DNA of 63,317 nt, filler included, from Octopus bimaculoides (lineage: Eukaryota), in NCBI RefSeq assembly GCF_001194135.2. It is 6 parts of 6 records of this genome, joined end to end, with 100 filler letters (N's around TTAATTAATTAA, not from the genome) between each part and the next. Parts side by side here need not be neighbours in the genome. Positions count along the whole stretch, not along the records: positions 1 to 30,740 come from NC_069005.1; 5 more parts are not named here. One strand, written 5' to 3'. Made by a program: the position numbers and the translations under genes. Positions 10,796 through 21,079 of the stretch are shown here, one piece after another; positions within the stretch are counted from its first letter, which is position 1; each line of letters opens with the position of its first letter. The notes beneath the pieces were generated by a model that searched no databases, was not told the origin of the DNA, and saw only the letters and a list, made by a program, of their open reading frames with translations.

Positions 10796-11245
10796 TATGA
10801 AGGGGTGGGGCTGAAAAGTTCCTGGCTTTGGGTAAAAGAAAATACAGAAGAATTGGTTAACCATTTGGTGTTCAGATTACTCTGTTAAATGTAATACTTT
10901 TTCACTCAAATTGTTTTGAATTAATCATGCATTATCTTATAGCTTTGAGGTTTCAATGATGTGATTGTTTATTTTTAGAATGTCAATGTAGGTTAGGTGT
11001 GAAAGGCTAGATATCGCCAGTTTGAATATAAAACATGTAGAATATCTGGGCCAGATATGGCCGGTTTAAACACTAAAGGGTTAATTATGATTTTATTCAA
11101 CATATTCCCCTCTGAGATTCACACACTTATTGCAGCAGCCCTTCAGTTTTTCTAAGCCTTGTAAAAGAACTCGGAAGAGATTGGGTCTCAAACCTGGTCT
11201 TTCATGACACCCTTAAATTCTGAAACTTTTCAGCAACCCTTCATA
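10796..11245 (-). mobile_element. mariner MITE (same family as 7884-8107) interrupted by a piggyBac-like MITE
   Basis: TA-flanked TIRs at both ends. Removing 10861-11084 restores the empty site seen in the 7.9 kb copy. Confidence 0.85.
10857..11084. mobile_element. piggyBac-like MITE (220 bp) with TTAA TSD
   Basis: TTAA at 10857-10860 and 11081-11084. Ends CCATTTGGTGTT / AACACTAAAGGG. Confidence 0.85.
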
Positions 11246-11490
11246 AATGTGGGTTCAGTTTGAGCACGAGGAAGAGTAATGAGCATTGAATTTAGGGAAA
11301 TTGAGGGAAAGTCCTTCAGAATGGAAGAAGTAAGATGTTTTCAATGTACCTCTGGCTTTGTAGAAACCGGTGCATTGAACAGTGTTGATTGTCTCTGTTT
11401 CTTTTTTTTATTACTGTTGTTTATGTTTTATTATAGTTGTTGTTGTTACAATTGTTGTAATGTCATCACTGTTCTGTCTTCTAATTTCAG

Positions 11491-11614
11491 TTGAATTATT
11501 GAAGAACGTTGGCGAATTATTAAATCTGTTGTTTTATCTCGAAGATGAACTTTGTGAAAGATGGAGTACAACAGCCATGTTGACAGCCATGTTGGAGGCT
11601 GTGAAGGAAATAGG
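11491..11614 (+). CDS. SAAL1: SAAL1 exon 7 in window
   Basis: tttcag|TT...GG|gtaatt. (V)ELLKNVGELLNLLFYLEDELCERWSTTAMLTAMLEAVKEI(G) (cf. LL..VGE...LF.LD..L...W; .LEA.KQ). Phase 1/2. Confidence 0.92.
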
Positions 11615-12128
11615 GTAATTCGTTATAGACTTAACTGTTTACCTTGAGGCAGCAATTTCTTCTTCTCACTTACACTAATGCCAGGCTGGAGACTGTCAAA
11701 GAACTAACTTCTTGGCTATTTTGAATTGACAGTACCCACCTCTCACTCACAGCTTTTTCATATTTCTCTTGAATTAAACACAGAAGATCTTTCTGATTTG
11801 GCGGGCGCCATTCTTTATTTATGTTTTATTTAGTGTGTTTCCTACCGAAACACTTTAAAACTTCGTATACTTGTATATTTTGTCTTATAGAACAGAGAAA
11901 AATTTTTATATTCGAAGTTATTTCATGCTAAAAGTTGTCGTATTTCTGTAATTTCAACCAATCACTAACGTCTATTGAGGTGAAAACAATTACTGCTGTG
12001 GAATGTAAACAACACATTCTAGCAGTGTAATGGGATCTTTTCCCTTGAATAAAATTAGTGCCGTTGTTTGTCAACAACAGCTATCGGCAGTACTGTTATT
12101 TATGACATCATTTGTGCGTTTGTATTGG

Positions 12129-12227
12129 TTTTAGGGTTAGGGTTTTAGGGTTAGGGTTTTAGGGTTCGGGTTTTAGGGTTCGGGTTTTAGGGTTCGGGTT
12201 TTAGGGTTAGGGTTAGGGTTAGGGTTA
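12129..12227 (+). repeat. Interstitial telomere-like repeat, (TTTTAGGG-TT[A/C]GGG)x6 then TTAGGG
   Basis: Direct reading gives six 14-bp units followed by two TTAGGG units and TTA. Confidence 0.9.
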
Positions 12228-12789
12228 TGAGTATTTTACTCATAATGTAAAAAGCACCCAATACACTTTGTAAAGTGGTTGGTGTTGGGAAGTCATACAG
12301 CCACAGAAACCAAACCAAAACAGACTGTGGAACCTGGTGCAGCCCCTGGCCATACCAGTTTCTGTCAAGCCGTCCAACCCATGCCAGCATGGAAAACGGA
12401 TGTTAAATATTGATGATGAAGACTATATATACACATTTGAAGGGATAATTTCAGTTTCCATCTACCATATCCACTAATATAATTTTGGTCAGTCCAGGGC
12501 GAAAGTAGAAGACACTTTGCCCAAGATGCCACAGTGTGGTTCAGAAGCAAGCTTCTTGCTAGACAGCCATGTTTGTGTCTGTATATATCTTATACTGAAA
12601 GTTCCATGACAAACACAGAATTTTACAAGGAAGTCACTAGAAGTCCTCTGCAACTTGAAGGCATGAAATAAGGAAGTCCATTTAGCTTCAAAATAGCTTC
12701 TATGTCTTCTGGAGATATGAGTTTTGTATTATCATGCACTCAAATACTTCAAGATTAAAAATATACCTTATTTTTATGTAGCCCTGATA

Positions 12790-13148
12790 CGTAAAATACA
12801 CCATTTCGAGCATGGCCGTTGATCGTTACCAACGTCGCCTCCCTGGCACAAGTGCCAGTGGCACGTGAAAAGATATTCGAGCGAAATCGTTGCCAGTGCC
12901 GATGGACTGGCTCCTGTGCAGGTGGCATGTAAAATACACCATTTCAAGCGTGGCCGTCGCCAGTACTGCCTGACTGGTCCTTGTGGTCCGGTGGCACATA
13001 AAAGCACCCACTACACTCTCTGAGTGGTTGGCGTTAGGAAGGGCATCCAGCTGTAGAAACTCTGCCAAATCAGATTGGAGCCCGGTGTCCAACCCATGCT
13101 AGCATGGAAAGCAGACGTTAAACGACGACGATGATGATGATGATGATA
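12790..13148 (+). mobile_element. (GAT)n-tailed retroposon copy
   Basis: Repeated gtggcacgt..aaa..cacc modules, ggttggcgttaggaagggcatcc, and a tail of gacgttaaacgacgacgatgatgat. Confidence 0.85.
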
Positions 13149-13249
13149 ATGCCTCCTATTCTCTCCAACTTTTCACTTTTCTCCAATTTAGCAAATATTT
13201 GAACATTGAAACATTTTTCATTATTATTCATCTTTCCTTTTTTTACCAG

Positions 13250-13332
13250 CTTTCAACCTTGTCCTGCCTTAGAAGTGTTTATCCACAATTTTCAACTCAT
13301 GTCATGTTCACAAAACGGTGTCTTGGCTTTGG
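13250..13332 (+). CDS. SAAL1: SAAL1 exon 8 in window
   Basis: taccag|C...G|gtaagt. (G)FQPCPALEVFIHNFQLMSCSQNGVLAL (cf. LDVYMH.LQL......G..A). Phase 2/1. Confidence 0.87.
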
Positions 13333-13516
13333 GTAAGTTTTTTTTCAAACTTCTTTTATACCTAATGGATTTCCTTCATTTTTATTTTGGGATCCTGTGA
13401 TTATTATTGTTGTTTGTTTACCTCGGGGAAAGTCTTGATCTAACAGACTGATAATTAAAGATGTTCCAATAGTAACCATCCTGTCTTCTTGTTCCAACAG
13501 TATATCTAAGACAACG

Positions 13517-13641
13517 TTATCTAATGTATAGTAGTATGGAGCATTTTAGTTTGTTTCTGCATGCAAATATCATGGTTGAGTTCATGTTGTAGCAATCACT
13601 TAGCAGCTTTGAAGTTGCCATGAATGTGTGTTTGTGTGTTT

Positions 13642-13680
<39 letters not shown>

Positions 13681-13990
13681 AACAATATATGAGTATATGC
13701 ATATATATGTACATGTATGTACATACCTTCATCTACATGTACATATAGATATATATCTGGGTACATGACGTTCCAAAAGAAACATGGACAAAATGATAAA
13801 CAAGGTACAACAAACAAGCAGGCCACATAGAGAACATATCCTTCATCAGCTGCCACCATTAAAACACCGGCGTTTTGAAGAGTTAGGGCAGGACGCATCG
13901 TTAAAATGGCTCTTCCCACGAATACAAATTAAATTTTTTTCATGGAGGATAGTGGCAGACGGAAAACAAGACAGGAAAACAAAATGGTGA
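13517..13990 (-). mobile_element. Dispersed repeat, possibly the terminal region of a Penelope-like element
   Basis: Homologous to 28355-28780 (ccttcatcagct...aacaccggcgtt.cgaagag...gctcttccc). The superfamily assignment is inference only. Confidence 0.5.
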
Positions 13991-14224
13991 AATGGACTTC
14001 TTCCAGTTTCTCTACCAAATCCACTCACAAGACCTTGGATGGCCTGAGAATATACAAGAAAACACTTGCCCAAGGTACCACGCAGTGAGACTGAACCCGG
14101 AACCATGTGGTTGGAAGGCGAGCTTCTTACCACTCAGCCACACATTGACACATAATGACAGTAACATCATTTTGTCCCTGATATGGGTATTATAACCCTG
14201 TCTTCATTTGTTTTAATTTTGTAG

Positions 14225-14395
14225 AAAACATGTCACAGCCTATCTTGGAGGTTTTGATGAAATACTTAATGTTTCTCTGTGATGAACCAATTGTCCCAGT
14301 GGATTTGAAAGCCAAATATCTCGCAGCTATACTCTCTCTGATCAATCTGATTTTCTTGCAAGGATCAAAGTTTGATATTGGTTCTTTCTACAAAA
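14225..14395 (+). CDS. SAAL1: SAAL1 exon 9 in window
   Basis: tttgtag|AA...A|gtaagt. (E)NMSQPILEVLMKYLMFLCDEPIVPVDLKAKYLAAILSLINLIFLQGSKFDIGSFYK, 171 nt, phase 1/1. Confidence 0.85.
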
Positions 14396-15117
14396 GTAAG
14401 TCTTCGTTTCTTGTTATTTGTTTTTTTAAAATTCTTTTTTATTATCTTTCAGTCAGAAAGCATTAGAATACCCATGATCCTTTGTTTTTTTTTATTATCT
14501 TTCAGTCAGAAAGTTGATTCATTCTTTTTTTTAAGCCTTGTACTTATTCTATTGGTATCTTTTTGCCAAACTGCTTATTTATGAGGATGTAAACAAACCA
14601 ATATCGGTTGTCAGATGGTAGTGGTGGTGGTGGGACAAAGACAGACAAACACACACATACATACACACATATACACACTCATACAATGAGCTTCTTTCAG
14701 TTTCTGTCTACCCAATCCACTTACAAAGCTTTGGTAGGCCTGAGACTATAATAGAAGACACTTGCCTAAGGACTGAACCTAGGACCATATTGTTGAGAAG
14801 CAAGTGTCTTTCCTCCCTTTTCATAATTCATGGGATTCATATACATAAGTGGTCTCTGAGACAACAAATATTTTTTAAGGTCATTATTCATATTTTCCCC
14901 TAATTTATCTCAAAATTCAGTGTTCGCAGTATTTAGCATTCAGTTTTTCTGTATTCTGATTTTTAAGTCTTGTGCAAATCAGCCTTCTCACATTTTGTTT
15001 TTTTATATTTGACCTTATGACCCAAATACCTTAGCATATCCTTCATTTATCTTAGCAGTGTCCCCAACATGAATCTGTACCCTATATTTAAGTTGTGTAT
15101 TCTTGTCTTATTTATGT

Positions 15118-15463
15118 ACCCGGCGTACCAGCGTTGCCTTACTGGCACTTGTGCCGGTGGCATGTGAAAAAACATTTGAGCGAGGTCGTTGCCAGTGCCG
15201 CTGGACTGGCTCCTGTGCAGGTGGCATGTAAAAAACACCATTTGAGCATGGCCATTGCCAGTACCACCTGACTGGCCCTCGTGCCGGTGGCACGTAAAAG
15301 CACCCACTACACTCTCAGAGTGGTTGGCATTAGGAAGGGCATCTAACTGTAGAAACTCTGCCAAATCAGATTGGAGCCTGGTGTCGCCTCCTGGTCCACC
15401 AGTCCTCATTCAAATCGTCCAACCCATGCTAGCATGGAAAGCGGATGTTAAACGATGATGATT
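15118..15463 (+). mobile_element. (GAT)n-tailed retroposon copy
   Basis: Same modules and (GAT)n tail as the other copies. Confidence 0.85.
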
Positions 15464-15542
15464 TACTTGCTTTGAAGCTGTGTACCCTACAGCTTAGCTG
15501 TGTACCCTATATTTAAACTGTCTCCTTTTGTTCTCATTTCAG

Positions 15543-15829
15543 TTGAGATGTTTCCGAAATGTTTATTCAAAATCCTGGAAGGNNNNNNNNNNNNNNNNNN
15601 NNNNNNNNNNNNNNNNNNNNNNNNNNNNNNNNNNNNNNNNNNNNNNNNNNNNNNNNNNNNNNNNNNNNNNNNNNNNNNNNNNNNNNNNNNNNNNNNNNNN
15701 NNNNNNNNNNNNNNNNNNNNNNNNNNNNNNNNNNNNNNNNNNNNNNNNNNNNNNNNNNNNNNNNNNNNNNNNNNNNNNNACAAGGCACTTCACTCCTCCT
15801 TCCTTCGTCTTAGCTGGCTTATTCCGAAA
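15543..15829 (+). CDS. SAAL1: SAAL1 exon(s) 10(-11) in window, interrupted by an N gap (15583-15779)
   Basis: tttcag|TT gives (I)EMFPKCLFKILEG before the gap. After the gap, KALHSSFLRLSWLIPK ends at AAA|gtaagt. The frame after the gap is inferred. Confidence 0.7.
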
Positions 15830-15901
15830 GTAAGTTGGTCTGTATTTGGTTTTATGTTATTGTGAAGTTGTTGCTGTAATTGTTGTTTAATCCCTGGTGC
15901 T

Positions 15902-16373
15902 GGTGCCACTTAAAAGCACCCAATCCACACCGTAAAGTGGTTGGTGTTCAGAAGGGCATCCAGCTGTAAAAACCTTGCCAAAACTGACCTCGCCTGTGCT
16001 TGTGCCACGTAAAAAGCACTAAGTCCACTCTGTTGGGTGGTTGGTATTAGGAAGGGCATCTAGCTGTAAAAACCTTGCCAAAACTAACCTCACCCATGCT
16101 TGAGCCACATAAAAAGCATTGAGTCCACTCTACTGAGTTCACTCTACTGAGTCCACTCTACTGAGTGGTTAGTTTTCAGAAGGGCATCCAGCAGTATAAA
16201 CCTTTCCAAAACTGACCTCACCTGTGCTTGAACCACATAAAAAGCATTGAGTCCACTATACTGAGTTCACTCTACTGAGTCCACTCTACTGAGTGGTTAG
16301 TTTTCAGAAGGGCATCCAGCAGTATAAACCTTTCCAAAACTGACCTCACTCATGCTTGTTCCACATAAAAAGC
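15902..16373 (+). repeat. Tandem array (100, 100, 128, 128 bp) built from the retroposon body
   Basis: The aaaagc anchor lies at 15911, 16011, 16111, 16239 and 16367. Each unit contains gtggtt.g..tt..gaagggcatc.agc.gta.aaacc.t.ccaaa. Confidence 0.88.
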
Positions 16374-16624
16374 TATATGTGGTATTTCAGTATAGTATAG
16401 GTTACTGTATACACTATGACCAAGACACTTAGCTGTCACCACAGTGTAGTACAGTTTATTGTATTGTGTCCATGACCAAGAAGACTTAATGTCAGCCGTC
16501 AAGTTTACCAAGCTGTAAGTAGGTAACAATCTGTGGTATAGTCCATTATATAGTACATGACTATAATATTAGAAAATTACTATTTCTAAATCTCACGACA
16601 TGAGATATTCAGCAACAGTACTTT

Positions 16625-16870
16625 GTAGTAAAGATTGTTTGCCAACATAACATGGCAGTCCTGGTTTAGGACTAATGTTGCTGTAATTTAGCTCCAGGAG
16701 ACATCACCTCCAGCTGGCTATACAACACGATCTGTGTCCTTGTTCGAAAATATAAGGACACAGATCATGTCATATAGCCAGCTGGTAATGATGTCTCCTG
16801 GGGCTAAATTACAGCAACATTCATCCTAAACCAGGACTGCCATGTTATGTTGGCAAACAATTTTTATTAC
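16625..16870. repeat. Long palindrome with 119-bp arms and an 8-nt loop
   Basis: 16625-16743 versus the reverse complement of 16752-16870 shows about 12 mismatches counted by eye. Confidence 0.92.
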
Positions 16871-17289
16871 AATGACTATAACACTTCTTTATTATCAACA
16901 GCTGTAAATAGCTAGCTCGGTATAATACAGTTTATTGTACTGTGTCTATGACCAAGATGACTTAATGTCAGCCGTCAAGTCTACCAAGCTGTAACTAGGT
17001 AACATTATGTGGTATAGTCCATTATATAACACTTCTTTATTATCAACAGTCCAGTCTGTCTTGGTGTAGATAGATAGCTCAGTGTAGTACAGTTTATTGT
17101 ATTGTGTCCATGACCAAGACACTAAATTGTTAACAGTCCAGTCTACTGAGATGTAAGTAGACATCACAGTTCATTGTAATTCACTGCTGTAGCCAGTGAC
17201 AGTAATGTGAAGATGACACAGTGACAGTTGTCAGTTATTCCAAAGGCGAGGTCTGTCTGTTATGGACTGTCACCCTCTCCATGAAAATG

Positions 17290-17530
17290 TGGGTGGCACA
17301 TAAAATACACCATTGCCAGTACCGCCTGACTGGCCTTCGTGCTGGTGGCATGTAAAAGCACCCACTACACTCTCTGAGTGGTTGGCGTTAGGAAGGGCAT
17401 CCAGCTGTAGAAACTCTGCCAAATCAGACTGGAGCCTGGTGTTGCCATCCGGTTTCACCAGTCCTCAGTCGAATCGTCCAACCCATGCTAGCATGGAAAG
17501 CGGATATTAAACGATGATGATGATGATGAT
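17290..17530 (+). mobile_element. (GAT)n-tailed retroposon copy (another at about 18098-18260)
   Basis: Family motif and (GAT)n tail. Confidence 0.82.
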
Positions 17531-17662
17531 TGATCTAAGACTACAGAAAGAAGACTTGAACGTAAGGTCTGACTTTTGTAGACTTGGTGATTCAGGTCAT
17601 ATTAACAAAATCAAAAATGCAATCTAACAAATACAAACACAGTGTGACTGTATTATAATCTT

Positions 17663-17716
<54 letters not shown>

Positions 17717-17728
17717 TCTTTTGATCAG

Positions 17729-17938
17729 AAAACTACAGAAGACTCCGTTTGGTGTCAGCTACTCCATTACCTTGACACAGAATGCTCCGAGTTACACCTG
17801 CATTACCTGTTGCTTATTTTACAAGATGAGAGCGAGGACATAAGGAATCCGTTGCATCACCTCAAGGCTGTCAGTGATAGCAACGGACTGTACAGGCTCC
17901 ATCACGTTGTCATGGATACAGTTGTCGGTGGTGACTGA
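17729..17938 (+). CDS. SAAL1: Probable terminal coding exon of SAAL1
   Basis: A 49-nt poly-T tract precedes gatcag|AAA. A phase-0 open frame of 69 codons, KTTEDSVWCQLLHYLDTECSELHLHYLLLILQDESEDIRNPLHHLKAVSDSNGLYRLHHVVMDTVVGGD*, joins in frame to ...WLIPK. Homology in this part is weak. Confidence 0.65.
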   Translation, partial: KTTEDSVWCQLLHYLDTECSELHLHYLLLILQDESEDIRNPLHHLKAVSDSNGLYRLHHVVMDTVVGGD

Positions 17939-18413
17939 ACGTGGATTCCTGCTGCTTTTTATTTACGAGAGAGGTCAGGTGGAAGGGGAGAGGTTGTTAC
18001 TTTCTGTCTGACCGGGTAAATTAATAGAGACGTGTATGCTAGTAACTGTGTGTGTGTGTGTGTGTGTATATTGCATATGAATTTATATGTATATATACTA
18101 CACTCTCTGAGTGGTTGGCGTTAGGAAGGGCATCCAGCTGTAGAAACTCTGCCAAATCAGATTGGAGCTTGGTGTAGCCATCTGGTTTCACCAGTCCTCA
18201 GTCAAATCGTCCAACCCATGCTAGCATGGAAAGCGGACGTTAAACGACGACGACGACAACAATATACATGCAAGTATGTGTCAAAACATGGTTGATCTTT
18301 GCATATGTGTGTGTGCTCGTACGTGCGTGCCTGTGAGCAAGAGAATATGTGTAGATGTATGTATACTCATAGATGAATGTGTATATATATATATGTGTGT
18401 GTGTCTATGTGTG

Positions 18414-19414
18414 TACAAAGTGCATTCCAGAAATTTTCAGGCTTTTTTCAGGAAAGACCTTTATTAATTTCAAAGAAGTATGAAACTCTAAGCTCCTTCG
18501 AAATAGGATCATCTGACTTCAGTGCACTTGTCTTAGCGCTCCAGCCTCTTTGTGAGGGTCCCATGGTAGGCCTATAAAGTGAAGGTGTCCAGGACTCTTG
18601 TCGCAGCCTCATTCATCTTCAAAATCAACTGCTTCTGAGGTTCTTCTTCAGCTTGGGGAACAACCAGAAATCAGAGTGAGCAAGGTTCCGATTTTAGGGA
18701 AGACGCGGGACTGTTTTAATGTTGCCCATTTCTGTCATGTAGTTGGTTACCACGGTGCTCATCACCAAGCAGCCTGGGAATAAATTTTGCACAAATTTTG
18801 CACATGTTCAAATCTTCATGAATAATTCTGTATTCAGTTTCCACACCAACCATAAACTGTATTGCTTATTATCTTTATAGACACATAACGGTCTCCATCC
18901 TGGAAACTGACTTTTCTCAACCTGCTCTGATGTCCCACTTTCTCCCACACCTCTCATTATCTCTCACTTCTTCCCTACTAACGTTCTCCTTCAGCTTGGG
19001 GGATAACCAAAAGGGCTGGATTATAGGGGGAATGGTGAGAGACAGTTTTGATGTTGCCCATTTCTTGGATCTTTGGTGCCTAGTTTAAAAGTTAACCCAT
19101 AAGCAGTCTGGAACATTTCAAAAGCTTTTGTAGTGTTTTTTTTGCCCGGTTTAATGCAAAAATTTATTGTGTAGCAAGCTTCCGAATTGTCTTCATGTCT
19201 TGACAGCATTCTGTAAATTGGTCAGCTGTGACAAGTAGTATTTAGTAGGATGTGTTCTAAGTGCTATTACAGTCATCTCCTTCAATCTGGGATGAGAGAA
19301 GTTGGCAGGTCAGCTTATTTGATGTATAGTAACGATATAAAATTACAGTAGTGTTGAACAGTTATAACTGCATCTCCTGAAAATAGTCTCAAAACTTCTG
19401 AAATGCACCTCATA
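18414..19414 (-). mobile_element. Internally deleted mariner element with both TIRs
   Basis: TIRs TA-CAAAGTGCATTCCAGAAATTTT and its degenerate inverse at 19381-19414. Transposase remnants YTINFCIKPGK..TKAFEMFQTAYG and LAHSDFWLFPKLKKNLR on the minus strand. Confidence 0.8.
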
Positions 19415-19721
19415 TATATATATATATGTATGTATGTTTTTTTGTCTATGTGTGTTTATATATGTATATATGTGTGTATACACACACACACACACACACA
19501 CATAAATATTTTTCAATGTGCTGAAATAGTGCCTCTCTCTCTCTCACTCGCTCTGTCTGTCTCTCTCTCTCATTCTCACACACACACATACAACACACAT
19601 AAGGTAAGCCCAAAAGTCTTGAAGTTTCAAAGGTATTAATAATTCACTAATTCATTTATGTTCTGTTTTAAGTTTACAATACCCTCACATCATTTGCAAT
19701 ATGTGTGTGTGTGTGTATTGC

Positions 19722-19769
<48 letters not shown>

Positions 19770-20166
19770 TCTCCCTGATTCGTTTAATGTGCTTGTTACC
19801 TGGTATTAAATTGATATTAATTAATATCCAATTTTTTACCCTATTGTTTAATTTACACATATATATATATATATGGGAAATGTGTGTATGTTACGTGTGA
19901 AAAATCACATCTTGTAAATTACAAAAAAAATATTTAATTCAAATGAATTTAAAATGTTAAGCATCTTTGTGACTTTTGATCCACTCAGTATGTATATATG
20001 TGTGTGAGTGTGTGTGTGTGTATTTGTTGTGTATACACTCACATGCATCTGCACTACACAGCATGTAGGCCATATTGCAGGCAATGTAGACCTTACAAAC
20101 TGTGTGACCTAGATTCAATTACTGATTGTAAACTATTTCATTTACTTTGTTAATGTATCCTTTTAG

Positions 20167-20211
20167 GAGGGCATGACTGTCACAACTTCACTCTCTTTCA
20201 TTCAAATATAA
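20167..20211 (+). other. Candidate further SAAL1 exon (3'UTR exon or alternative short C-terminus EGMTVTTSLSFIQI*)
   Basis: Pyrimidine-rich tttactttgttaatgtatccttttag|GAG acceptor followed by non-repetitive sequence. The end coordinate is only the phase-0 stop codon. Confidence 0.3.
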
Positions 20212-21079
20212 CCAATTATTCACAAGTACTTCTGATTCTGGAAGGTCCAGAAATTGACTGAGTGTATTATAGGATAAATATACATCAATTCATGTATTTC
20301 ACATGTGGTATACACACACAAGCTGGCTCAGTTACTCCTCTGAGATATGGAGAACAGGTGTACAAGTTCAATCCTTGCATCAGCTATAATACAAAACACT
20401 GTCTGCTTAACCTTCTCAGATGACAATATAGTCCAGTCCCATTTCTTACGTAAGACGTTTAAGGCCTTAAAAAGCATTAAACTTGTATCTCGTGCATGGA
20501 TGTTTGCTCTTACAGATATTATATTCAATTATCCAGACAAGAGCATGAGATGAATGATGAAATGGTAATGTGGTATGCAGAGTAATTTTAGGTGATATGC
20601 AAGTTGTACATATATATATGTGGCCGTTGCCAGTACCGCCTGACTGGCTCTCGTAGGATTTTCGAGTGANNNNNNNNNNNNNNNNNNNNNNNNNNNNNNN
20701 NNNNNNNNNNNNNNNNNNNNNNNNNNNNNNNNNNNNNNNNNNNNNNNNNNNNNNNNNNNNNNNNNNNNNATATATATGTATATATATATATATATGTATA
20801 TGTATATATATATATATTTTAATAATTTAGAGAAGAACCACCATGGTGAAACTCTATGCATTTCTACCAACAGCCCCTGCTTTAGGCTTGTTACCCATCT
20901 CCACAGGAACTGATGCCCCCCCCCCCTAATAATAATGCCTTAGCAATGAACTGGCCTTGATGACCGTTATTGGTTATGAGGGATATCTGAGCAAAAAATA
21001 AAAATTGTAAATAATGAGACAAAGTTCATTTGTAAATCAGTGCAATTCCATGTTTCTGTTTGGAAAATTCATCGATCAC

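Noticed and set aside
15078-15516. TSD (tgtaccctatatttaa) for the 15.1 kb retroposon
   Set aside because: The two copies are offset about 25-35 nt from the element ends and sit in locally duplicated sequence, so a clean TSD cannot be claimed.
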